Positions 17,859-25,416 of a stretch of 30,275 nt of DNA are shown one piece after another. Below the pieces are notes generated by a model, which was not told where the DNA came from, ran no database searches, and worked only from the letters and a program-made list of their open reading frames with translations. Source of the DNA: a virus (taxonomy: Duplodnaviria; Caudoviricetes); IMG/VR virus record IMGVR_UViG_3300020045_007984, positions 1-30,275 of that record; one strand, 5' to 3'. Position 1 is the first letter of the stretch, and each line of letters starts with the position of its first letter. Position numbers and translations under genes: made by a program.

Positions 17859-18118
17859 TCGACAACAAAGCCGTTCCTGTCGAAGAAACTAAAACAAAAT
17901 TTGGTATTGGGCAGATAGGCAATACAACTCCGATATGGGCTAAAAACGCTTTTAGGGTTGCGTTATATGTTGCAACAGCTTTAGTATTGGTAACGCAAAC
18001 TATAACTGAAATTCCAGAACCTATAAAAGTATCTATAGCTAAATATGCATTAGAAGCTATTACGTTAATTCATGCTTTAACAAAGTTATTTGGGGTTCAA
18101 TTAGATGAAAATAAGTAA
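17837..18118 (+). CDS. Small membrane protein, holin-like
   Basis: TPIWAKNAFR followed by two hydrophobic or amphipathic helices; lies in the lysis cluster. Confidence 0.6.
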   Translation: MAEKKILVDNKAVPVEETKTKFGIGQIGNTTPIWAKNAFRVALYVATALVLVTQTITEIPEPIKVSIAKYALEAITLIHALTKLFGVQLDENK

Positions 18119-18200
18119 AATAAACAGTCCGATATTCAATTGGTTGTGGTTTATATTGGCCATGATACTTTTTGCATCGGGATTAATAGCAATACTTTAA
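18105..18200 (+). CDS. 31-aa single-pass membrane peptide
   Basis: MKISKINSPIFNWLWFILAMILFASGLIAIL* fills the gap between 18118 and 18211. Confidence 0.45.
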   Translation: MKISKINSPIFNWLWFILAMILFASGLIAIL

Positions 18201-18210
18201 CTAAAACACA

Positions 18211-18621
18211 ATGGCAAAAACAGTATTCGGAAAAGCTCTAGAAGCTATCCTATCATTATTCAAAGAGAACTGGTTTGAGTTTATCACCAAACTTTGGAAA
18301 AAAATCCCTAAAGAACTGCAGGAAAAACTTGTTGACATCGTTGAGATTGTTGAGCGTATTAAAACCTACGTTGACAGCCCTATTGTTGATTTCATTGCTT
18401 CGGTTATTCCTGGCGATAAGGATGATAAAATTATCTCAACACTTCGGGCAATATTGCGCTCGATAATCGAGGAACTTAAATTGATTGATACACCGTCAAG
18501 CGAATTGAAAGCAACGGATTTACAGTCAATCGCCACTAGGTTAACTCAAGAGGTTACCGGATTACCTTTTGGACAGGCCGCGATAACTATTGAGAACGCC
18601 TACCAGAATTATACGGCGTAG
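18211..18621 (+). CDS. Helical protein with amphipathic N-terminus, last gene of the lysis cluster
   Basis: FGKALEAILSLFKENWFEFITKLWKKI is amphipathic; a terminator follows. Confidence 0.75.
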   Translation: MAKTVFGKALEAILSLFKENWFEFITKLWKKIPKELQEKLVDIVEIVERIKTYVDSPIVDFIASVIPGDKDDKIISTLRAILRSIIEELKLIDTPSSELKATDLQSIATRLTQEVTGLPFGQAAITIENAYQNYTA

Positions 18622-18625
18622 AATT

Positions 18626-18666
18626 ATCCCCCACCAGACGGTTTTGTTTAGTGGGGGATTTTTTTT
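18626..18666 (+). terminator. Terminator at the convergence of the late and leftward operons
   Basis: ATCCCCCAC...GTGGGGGAT stem plus T-tract; overlaps the stop of the convergent ORF. Confidence 0.75.
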
Positions 18667-18836
18667 AGGTATGAACCATCAATAATAACGGGACTATTTT
18701 CTTCAAATTGTATAATATAATCGTTATCTCCCCAATCGTACTTTTCAATTACAGTTACTTCTAAATCATTGTAAGGGTGAAAGTATTTTGATTTTACAAT
18801 AGCAATGTCTCCTTTTTTAAATTTCATCTTTCTCAT
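18648..18836 (-). CDS. Small hypothetical protein (KOW/SH3-like MKFKKGD start)
   Basis: MKFKKGDIAIVK pattern is common in small phage beta-barrel proteins. Confidence 0.65.
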   Translation of the reverse strand: MRKMKFKKGDIAIVKSKYFHPYNDLEVTVIEKYDWGDNDYIIQFEENSPVIIDGSYLKKIPH

Positions 18837-18877
18837 CTTCTTTTTAAGGTTTAAGCCGATCGCAATGGATAGGGGAG

Positions 18878-19075
18878 TTAAAATGTGTTAGCTGACAATA
18901 GATGTTTATTTTTTCTTAGAATACACTTTACATCAACATAATCTATACTGTTACTTACAGAAAAATATCGTTTAGCTTCATTCCTATTAACGGCTTTAAA
19001 GTCTAAATAATTAGCGTGAAAAGGATCTGTTTCCCATTCTGATTTACTTACGCAGATGTAATATTTCTTCTCCAT
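18878..19075 (-). CDS. Hypothetical protein
   Basis: 65-aa ORF in the co-oriented array. Confidence 0.6.
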   Translation of the reverse strand: MEKKYYICVSKSEWETDPFHANYLDFKAVNRNEAKRYFSVSNSIDYVDVKCILRKNKHLLSANTF

Positions 19076-19082
19076 ATCTAAT

Positions 19083-19589
19083 TTAATTTTTAGGCTGTTG
19101 TAGTCTTGGATGCCAACCTTTTATTATGTTGTGTAAGCTATCTTTTAACCTATAAAAAGATTTATTTTCACAACTTGCTTCTACATCAATTTCATCAGAT
19201 ATTAATTCCCATATATCTTCTGCTTTTTTCTGTTCTCCACTCACCCACCCATCACTAACATTCAGTTGCTCTAAAACTTTGGGTAAAACATATTGTGGTA
19301 TTATCATTGCTCCATTGCAAACTTTACATTGTTGATACAATGAACTTACGCAACCATCTGCTAAAATTTTGCCCGTTCCATTACAAATGGGACAGCATTG
19401 GTATGGAACTGTTTTCACCGCCTGTTGTATAGATGCAGATTGTGATTGTTGGGCTAGTTCGTAGCCTTTGATGAATGCAGAACGTTCCATTTCAACAACT
19501 TGACCTGTTTTATATGCAAATCCAGTTGGGTGGTTAGGCAATGGGTATATATCCCGAGCCAATTGCTCTATATCTTTTTTATCTTTCAT
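19083..19589 (-). CDS. Hypothetical protein with a DnaJ-type CxxCxGxG zinc-finger pair
   Basis: CPICNGTG...CKVCNGAM motifs. Confidence 0.7.
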   Translation of the reverse strand: MKDKKDIEQLARDIYPLPNHPTGFAYKTGQVVEMERSAFIKGYELAQQSQSASIQQAVKTVPYQCCPICNGTGKILADGCVSSLYQQCKVCNGAMIIPQYVLPKVLEQLNVSDGWVSGEQKKAEDIWELISDEIDVEASCENKSFYRLKDSLHNIIKGWHPRLQQPKN

Positions 19590-19770
19590 TTTGTTGGGGG
19601 TTTAATTTATTGAAGCAGTTGACACAAAGTTTTATTCCGTTATTTTCTTTAATGGGTTCATTTTCACAACTCCTTTTTACTTTTACGACCATGATTTTTT
19701 AATAAAAATGCATCACAATATGATTTACTTTTTTTAATTCCCATAATATTAATAATGTTTTAAAGTTTGT

Positions 19771-20016
19771 TTACTTTGTTGTTGGAACACTTTCTGAATT
19801 GAACTCTTTACAATATTTGTTCAACCTAGTTAGATATTCTATTAGACTATCAAACTCATGTTCGTCAAATGAATAATCGATCTGCAAACCTTTATTGTCA
19901 AATACTACAATTCCTAATTCCCTAATTTCTCTAGTTGGATTTAGGTCGTTTGTTTGGCAACAGAAGAAATCTAATTTTATATCTTTTTCTTGCAATTGGT
20001 AAATTTGGTTTTCCAT
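19771..20016 (-). CDS. Hypothetical protein
   Basis: 81-aa ORF in the array. Confidence 0.65.
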   Translation of the reverse strand: MENQIYQLQEKDIKLDFFCCQTNDLNPTREIRELGIVVFDNKGLQIDYSFDEHEFDSLIEYLTRLNKYCKEFNSESVPTTK

Positions 20017-20030
20017 ATTTCTAATATTTT

Positions 20031-20210
20031 TTATATTTCATTAGTTGTTGGGGTTAAGAGTGACTTAGCAAAAGTTTCTATTTTATCTAATAAATGTGGT
20101 AATGCAAATAGTATGACTAATTTATCCTTGCCATACTCTTCAACTATAGTTACATTTAATGGTTGATCATTCTTTAGTATTTCAACTAATTTATCTGTGT
20201 TTATTTCCAT
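20031..20210 (-). CDS. Hypothetical protein (59 aa, not in ORF track)
   Basis: MEINTDKLVEILKNDQPLNV...LLTPTTNEI* fills the gap. Confidence 0.6.
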   Translation of the reverse strand: MEINTDKLVEILKNDQPLNVTIVEEYGKDKLVILFALPHLLDKIETFAKSLLTPTTNEI

Positions 20211-20253
20211 CTTTCTAATCCTTTTTAAATAGTACCTGTTGGTAGTTTGTGGG

Positions 20254-20727
20254 TTATTTGTTGCATGGTGAATTACCTCCTTTTAATATAAACATAGCTA
20301 TGTGTCTACCTGTTCCTTTACCAACAGTATTATCTTCTGTTGCAACCCATTTTACATCTCCTAAATTCCTTATCTCAGCATCATCTCCTAATATTGCTTT
20401 AGTCAACATTAAAAGCCATTTATCAACAGGGTAAACTAAAACTACTGTTTTACCTTTTTGCCATTCTGTTATGCATTTTCTAACCCAAGCGGTAGGACCT
20501 TTCTTTTTACCCTCATGTATAATTGATCCGAAAGGAGGATTAACATAATTTGATTGCCCCCATTCGCATGTTAGTCCATCAAAATTATCTGGTTTAGGGA
20601 AAGGGCATGGGTCAAAATCAAAATTAAACTCTTTATTTAATTCTTTATACAATTCTGGAGGTGTAAGCCAATAATGCTTTCCATCAGATCCGTTGCCTTT
20701 GTGAAATTTGTTATCTTTAGGTTCCAT
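20254..20727 (-). CDS. DNA N6-adenine methyltransferase, phage Dam-like family
   Basis: W-x-TPP-x-LY...EFNFDFDPC, DGL-x-x-x-W, catalytic VNPPFG, and WVRKC...GKTVVLV. Confidence 0.85.
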   Translation of the reverse strand: MEPKDNKFHKGNGSDGKHYWLTPPELYKELNKEFNFDFDPCPFPKPDNFDGLTCEWGQSNYVNPPFGSIIHEGKKKGPTAWVRKCITEWQKGKTVVLVYPVDKWLLMLTKAILGDDAEIRNLGDVKWVATEDNTVGKGTGRHIAMFILKGGNSPCNK

Positions 20728-20765
20728 CTTCTCTTTCTTTATCCCACATAACTAAACGGGGATGG

Positions 20766-21140
20766 TTAATCAATTTTAAGTATTAATATTTTTTGCCAGA
20801 TTTGTGATTGGGCTTCTTGCCATTGGCTCGCCATTTCAAGCCATTCGCTAATTTTACCCTCATATTGGAGTAATTTTGATTTATCCCCGTACTTATTAAC
20901 CGTTTCAATACCATTGGTTTTTATTGCTTCTGCAAATTCTGGGAAATCATATGCAAAGCCTATAATTGAATATTTTCCCTCGGGTATAGGATCGTTATTT
21001 AATGAATCGAAATCAGAATATTTTACCCAATAACGTAATATATTATCTGTCTCTAATAAAGAGAAATCAAAAGCCTTTTTAGGCACTTCGCACAACAGGT
21101 ACCTAGCTCCGTTGATTTCTATTTCAAGTTGTTTGCTCAT
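20766..21140 (-). CDS. Hypothetical protein
   Basis: 124-aa ORF overlapping its neighbour; C-terminal WQEAQ...ILILK. Confidence 0.7.
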   Translation of the reverse strand: MSKQLEIEINGARYLLCEVPKKAFDFSLLETDNILRYWVKYSDFDSLNNDPIPEGKYSIIGFAYDFPEFAEAIKTNGIETVNKYGDKSKLLQYEGKISEWLEMASQWQEAQSQIWQKILILKID

Positions 21141-21441
21141 GCCATCTGATTAATATTTCTTTTTTGCCGTTATATTTTGTTCGCCATTCTTCACGTTCCC
21201 GAACTGTGAATATCTCAATATCTACATTATCAAGAAGAATAGAAACAAAACCTTCATTTTCTCCAGCGTGGTGAGTTCTTGTTTTCATTCCAAGTTCATT
21301 TAAAGCCTTTAATAATGGGATAGCTTTCTTGTTTGCTATAAACTCCCCATCTCCAAAATCTACAAATTCGTGTTCAGAAGTCAATTCGTGATGATGGTTA
21401 AAATGTTGGTACTTATCTGTTGGTTCTGCTTTCTTTTTCAT
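21124..21441 (-). CDS. Hypothetical His-rich protein (likely start MKKKAEPTD at 21441)
   Basis: HFNHHH and IPLLKALNELGMKTRTHHAG. The track's longer start overlaps another plausible ORF. Confidence 0.65.
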   Translation of the reverse strand: MKKKAEPTDKYQHFNHHHELTSEHEFVDFGDGEFIANKKAIPLLKALNELGMKTRTHHAGENEGFVSILLDNVDIEIFTVREREEWRTKYNGKKEILIRWHEQTT

Positions 21442-21467
21442 CTTTTTAATGCCTTTCGGCTGTTGGG

Positions 21468-21590
21468 TTAATAAAGGACTATTTGTTCCCATTCCCTTAA
21501 CTCTTTCAAAGCATAACCAAGCGCTGCCTTTATACGCTGTGAACCTATCCAAATATGGTAGTGTTGCAATGGTGTTAGTTTTCTGGACAT
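21468..21590 (-). CDS. Hypothetical 40-aa protein (not in ORF track)
   Basis: MSRKLTPLQHYHIWIGSQRIKAALGYALKELREWEQIVLY*. Confidence 0.5.
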   Translation of the reverse strand: MSRKLTPLQHYHIWIGSQRIKAALGYALKELREWEQIVLY

Positions 21591-21931
21591 GGTACAACCT
21601 TTACAACATGAACACTACCACCCTTAACCGCATCAGTTCTGAAATGCCAATTGTTTACCACTCTGGACACGCCGTTGCTGTAAGTAATCTCATAACGGGT
21701 AGGGTTTATTGATTGGGTTTTGCATCCGAAAAATAAACAGCAAAATAGAATTATAGCAATAATATCCCTATCTATCAAACTATTGACATAAGCAGAAAAA
21801 CTCATGTACTTAGTTCTTGATCTGAATGTTTCGTTATCTTGAGTTTCGCCAGAAACCATAACATTCATTTGTTTAGCTTTTGGATCTTTTTCGATTGTCG
21901 GTCTACCGACTGTTTTTTTTTCTTTTTTCAT
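21575..21931 (-). CDS. Ribbon-helix-helix-like protein fused to a hydrophobic/lipobox-like segment
   Basis: GRP motif, MNVMVS strand and MSFSAYVNSLIDRD helix, then IIAIILFCCLFFGC. Confidence 0.55.
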   Translation of the reverse strand: MKKEKKTVGRPTIEKDPKAKQMNVMVSGETQDNETFRSRTKYMSFSAYVNSLIDRDIIAIILFCCLFFGCKTQSINPTRYEITYSNGVSRVVNNWHFRTDAVKGGSVHVVKVVPCPEN

Positions 21932-22260
21932 ATTAAAGGCTTATAGTATTTTATACAATGTTCGCATTGAGTTTTACATTTTTGATTACACTCTATTTCG
22001 CTTTGACAATATTTGAAATAAAAAATATTATCTAATATCGTTTTGACTTCTTCAAAAATTATTTTTTTCGCTAAAGATTTCCATTCCTTAGATTCTTTTG
22101 CGCTTGTTGTAATTATTTTTTTATCAAACTCAATTCTAAAATTATGACCGTTGACTTGACAAATATTTACAAATTCATTTTTTAAATAAGACTGAACTAT
22201 AAATTCAGTCTCTAAATATTTAAACTTATTTAACAACATAATATTTCTCTTTAAAAGCAT
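21928..22260 (-). CDS. Hypothetical protein with Cys-rich C-terminus (start uncertain)
   Basis: YCQ...CNQKCKTQCEHC at the C-terminus; very AT-rich. Confidence 0.55.
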   Translation of the reverse strand: MLLKRNIMLLNKFKYLETEFIVQSYLKNEFVNICQVNGHNFRIEFDKKIITTSAKESKEWKSLAKKIIFEEVKTILDNIFYFKYCQSEIECNQKCKTQCEHCIKYYKPLI

Positions 22261-22408
22261 TTATTTGTTTAATAACCCCGCCCACATTATCAGCAGATTG
22301 TTTTGCTTTTTTGGCTCCTGAATATATTTTAGGAAAGTTTGAATCGTCGCATAAAACAATTCCTTTGTAATTCATTAATTCTTTTTTTTGGAAATTTGGA
22401 GTTTTCAT
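22226..22408 (-). CDS. Hypothetical protein, first gene of the leftward operon
   Basis: 60-aa ORF just downstream of the leftward promoter. Confidence 0.6.
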   Translation of the reverse strand: MKTPNFQKKELMNYKGIVLCDDSNFPKIYSGAKKAKQSADNVGGVIKQINAFKEKYYVVK

Positions 22409-22432
22409 AATTGCTTTTCTTTTTTGTTAAGA

Positions 22433-22463
22433 CAAATATAAAACATATATTTAATATAACAAG
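22433..22463 (-). promoter_or_regulatory. Leftward Bacteroidota-type promoter in the divergent region
   Basis: On the - strand: CTTG, 19-nt spacer, TATATTTG (22440-22433). Confidence 0.65.
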
Positions 22464-22553
22464 AAATATTTTATTTTTATTTTTTTGTATTTTTAATTTG
22501 CATTATTCATTTATTATCCCGAACATTGTTTAAGATTTAAACGCAAGAATATT

Positions 22554-22739
22554 ATGATAGATTACGATTTTGAAGAAAACGGCCAGTTGATCATTATAGA
22601 TGAAGATGGCACAGAGCATCGCCCAGATGTTAGCGAATTGATGGAAATCAATGACGATACTGTAATGTACTTAAATGATAAGTACTATTGGCGTGGCGAA
22701 ATAAAACAATTGTGTTACGAATACTTAAATTCTTTGTAG
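22554..22739 (+). CDS. Small acidic hypothetical protein, first rightward early gene
   Basis: 61 aa, strongly Asp/Glu-rich. Confidence 0.65.
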   Translation: MIDYDFEENGQLIIIDEDGTEHRPDVSELMEINDDTVMYLNDKYYWRGEIKQLCYEYLNSL

Positions 22740-22741
22740 TT

Positions 22742-22930
22742 ATGGACATAGAAAAATTAAAATCAAAAATTGAGGTTGAAATGGATGAGTGCAGGGCTGT
22801 TAAAGACAATACTAGGCATTTATTCAACGCCATTTATTTGTCGGCTAATTCAGAGCTACAAGCCTACAGCCGAGTATTAGAAATTATTCACGAATTAGAA
22901 GTTGAGGAAATTAAAAATGAAAAACTTTAG
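22742..22930 (+). CDS. Hypothetical protein (start MDIEKLKSK at 22742)
   Basis: ATG lies 2 nt after the previous stop; helical sequence. Confidence 0.6.
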   Translation: MDIEKLKSKIEVEMDECRAVKDNTRHLFNAIYLSANSELQAYSRVLEIIHELEVEEIKNEKL

Positions 22931-23039
22931 ACAGCAGTGGCTTGAATTGACATCCGACTGCAGAGTGTTTATTATTGGAATGGCATTTATATTATCATTC
23001 TTTGTTGGGTTTAGTCTAATTAAATTTTTAGGGATATGA
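22917..23039 (+). CDS. 40-aa single-pass membrane protein
   Basis: MKNFRQQWLELTSDCRVFIIGMAFILSFFVGFSLIKFLGI*; ATGA-coupled to the YopX gene. Confidence 0.55.
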   Translation: MKNFRQQWLELTSDCRVFIIGMAFILSFFVGFSLIKFLGI

Positions 23040-23494
23040 GAGAAATTAAGTTTAGGGGCAAACGCATAGATAATGGTGATTGGGTAGAGGGATATTATGC
23101 GATTAAAGGCAAAGATACAGATATTGAAAAACACGTTATCTGTCAAAGCGAATTAAGCAATGGATCTATCGATATGTTTTATTTGATAGATATTGATGTA
23201 ATTCCCGAAACAGTAGGTCAATTCACGGGTTTGCAAGACAAAAATGGCGTTGATATTTATGATGGAGATATTTTACCAATAAAAATTGGAATTCAAAACT
23301 ATTCACAGTGGACTGTTGGCGAAGATGCCGAATTAAACGGGTTTTTAGAATGGAATGATAAACATTTTTGTTGGCAAATCTCATTCAAACAGCCAAATAA
23401 ATACCAAGTTATAAGTTTAAATTTTGGTTGGCACATGGGGCCAATGCTAAAAGTAATCGGCAACATTTACGAAAACCCCGAATTATTATCATGA
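23036..23494 (+). CDS. YopX-family phage protein
   Basis: MREIKFRGK...WVEG, PETVGQFTGLQDKNGVDIYDGDIL and VIGNIYENPELL. Confidence 0.93.
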   Translation: MREIKFRGKRIDNGDWVEGYYAIKGKDTDIEKHVICQSELSNGSIDMFYLIDIDVIPETVGQFTGLQDKNGVDIYDGDILPIKIGIQNYSQWTVGEDAELNGFLEWNDKHFCWQISFKQPNKYQVISLNFGWHMGPMLKVIGNIYENPELLS

Positions 23495-23607
23495 ACCGCC
23501 ACAAGTACAAAGCCGATTTTACTGGATTGAAAGTAGACAGGATATTTTATTTAACACTTTATTTAATTGGAATTTCAGCAGCAATTATATGGCACCCATT
23601 TTTTTAA
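23491..23607 (+). CDS. 38-aa single-pass membrane protein
   Basis: MNRHKYKADFTGLKVDRIFYLTLYLIGISAAIIWHPFF*; ATGA overlap. Confidence 0.5.
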   Translation: MNRHKYKADFTGLKVDRIFYLTLYLIGISAAIIWHPFF

Positions 23608-23753
23608 CCCGAAACCAAACCAGACTTGTATTCATTGGATGGTACTTGTTGTGTGCATTAGCAATCTGCACGCTCTATTACCTACAACAGCCTAAAATAA
23701 TTGCTGTTGATAGCGAATACAGAATGAGTTGGGAAATCCAATATGGGAAGTAA
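23589..23753 (+). CDS. 54-aa single-pass membrane protein
   Basis: MAPIFLTRNQTRLVFIGWYLLCALAICTLYYLQQPK...YGK*; stop 1 nt before the methyltransferase ATG. Confidence 0.5.
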   Translation: MAPIFLTRNQTRLVFIGWYLLCALAICTLYYLQQPKIIAVDSEYRMSWEIQYGK

Positions 23754-23754
23754 T

Positions 23755-24411
23755 ATGAAAATACTTAATCTCTATAGCTGCCTTGGCGGCAACAGATACA
23801 AATGGGGCGATGAACACGAAATAACAGCCGTCGAATTAGATCCCGAATTAGCTAGGCTTTATCAAGAGCGATTTCCAAATGACACTATTATTATTGCCGA
23901 TGCACACCAATATCTTTTGGATCATTACAAGGAATTCGATTTTATTTGGTCAAGTCCTCCTTGTCCAAGTCATTCTAGGGCTCGTTATTGGAACAGCAGT
24001 AATTACGATACAACAACCGAAGCTATTTATCCGGATATGAAGTTATATGAAGAAATACTTTTTTTACAGCATTATTATAGAACCGGTAAATTTGTAGTAG
24101 AAAATGTAATCCCATATTATGAACCTTTAATACCTGCAATAAAAAGGGATAGGCATTTATATTGGACTAATTTTAAACTGCCATCGATATTGAGCAATAG
24201 AGATATTAGTGGCGTGGTTTCTTCGGCTAAGAATGAATTAAAATTATTATCTGAAATACATGAATATGATTTTAGTAGGTACAAAGGAACTCAGCCGATA
24301 TTAAAAATAGCCCGTAACCTGGTTGACTACGAAGCTGGGAAAACTATTCTTGAAACCGCAATGGGCGTAATAAAATCAAATAATATCAACCAGGCATCTC
24401 TCTTCACGTAA
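23755..24411 (+). CDS. DNA cytosine-C5 methyltransferase, compact phage type
   Basis: MKILNLYSCLGG (motif I), SSPPCPSHS (catalytic PC, motif IV), VVENV (motif VI) and R-x-R-H. Confidence 0.88.
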   Translation: MKILNLYSCLGGNRYKWGDEHEITAVELDPELARLYQERFPNDTIIIADAHQYLLDHYKEFDFIWSSPPCPSHSRARYWNSSNYDTTTEAIYPDMKLYEEILFLQHYYRTGKFVVENVIPYYEPLIPAIKRDRHLYWTNFKLPSILSNRDISGVVSSAKNELKLLSEIHEYDFSRYKGTQPILKIARNLVDYEAGKTILETAMGVIKSNNINQASLFT

Positions 24412-24495
24412 CAAATCTGCTATAATCAACCAACTAAACGATTAAGGTGGTAAATTCACATATCGGAACGCAAGCCGATGGAAATAATTAATTAC

Positions 24496-24552
24496 TGGCT
24501 GTTATCCTAATCCCGAACTTGCGTGTAGGGAGATAAAGAGCAGCCTTTTTTT
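24496..24552 (+). terminator. Long terminator-like hairpin directly upstream of the Sak4 gene
   Basis: GGCTG-TTATC...GATAA-AGAG-CAGCC followed by a T-tract. Confidence 0.5.
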
Positions 24553-24569
24553 ATTAAAAACATACTGAT

Positions 24570-25412
24570 ATGTCAGGTTTAAGAAAGGCAACGCGCCAAA
24601 AAGCGAAAATTAGATTAGGACTTTCTGCAGTTAGCGGAGGTGGTAAAACCTATTCGGCAATACTAATTGCCAAAGGACTAGCAAAAGGAGATTTAAGTAA
24701 AGTCGCTTTAATCGATACAGAAAATGGGAGTGGTGATCTTTATTCAAATCTGGGTGATTACAATGTATTTACTTTAGAAGCACCTTATACCCCAGAGCGT
24801 TACATTAAAGCTATTAAGGAATGTGAAGAAGCAGGGATGGAAGTAATAATTATTGATAGCATTACCCATGAATGGAACGGTGAAGGTGGAATACTTCAAA
24901 TACATGGTGCTATGACAGGTAATTCATTTACTAATTGGGCAGTTTTAACGCCTCGTCACGAAAAGTTTAAACAATCTATACTAATGTCTAAATGTCATGT
25001 AATAACTACAGTAAGACGTAAGCAGGACTATGTGATGGAGCTAAACGATAAGGGTAAGCAAGCGCCTGTAAAAGTTGGATTAAAAGAAGAGACAAGAGAG
25101 GGTTTTGAATATGAGTTGACTGTTAACATTGAGTTGGATCAAAAACATAATGCAACATCTACCAAAGACCGAACAGGTTTATTTCAAGATCAACCATCAT
25201 TTATCCCTTCAGAAGAAACTGGTAAACTTATTTTGGATTGGTGTGAAAATGTTGTTGAGCCTGTTGTTAGGAATTACAAAAACGAATTAGAAACCTCTAA
25301 AAATTTAATTGAATTACAAGCGGTTTATTTATCATTACCAAAAGAAGAACAGGCCAAATTAACTGATTTAAAAGATAAAATGAAAGAAAAATTAACCCCT
25401 AAAACAAAATAA
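24570..25412 (+). CDS. Sak4-like single-strand annealing recombinase (AAA_24/RecA fold)
   Basis: Walker A SGGGKT, IDTENGS, IIIDSITHEW, EGFEYELT and KDRTGLF; neighbours are Gp157 and SSB. Confidence 0.88.
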   Translation: MSGLRKATRQKAKIRLGLSAVSGGGKTYSAILIAKGLAKGDLSKVALIDTENGSGDLYSNLGDYNVFTLEAPYTPERYIKAIKECEEAGMEVIIIDSITHEWNGEGGILQIHGAMTGNSFTNWAVLTPRHEKFKQSILMSKCHVITTVRRKQDYVMELNDKGKQAPVKVGLKEETREGFEYELTVNIELDQKHNATSTKDRTGLFQDQPSFIPSEETGKLILDWCENVVEPVVRNYKNELETSKNLIELQAVYLSLPKEEQAKLTDLKDKMKEKLTPKTK

Positions 25413-25416
25413 TAAA

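Noticed and set aside
16617-18466. Alternative-frame ORFs 16617-16850 and 18275-18466 as embedded o-spanins
   Set aside because: They have non-ATG starts and lack a convincing signal peptide with lipobox.
21442-21597. N-terminal extension of track ORF 21124-21597
   Set aside because: The region is better explained by a separate 40-aa ORF (21468-21590) plus an A-rich leader before ATG 21441.
19088-23697. 16-bp inverted match CTACAACAGCCTAAAA at 19088-19103 and 23682-23697
   Set aside because: One match of this length in 30 kb of AT-rich DNA is plausible by chance, and no invertase is visible.
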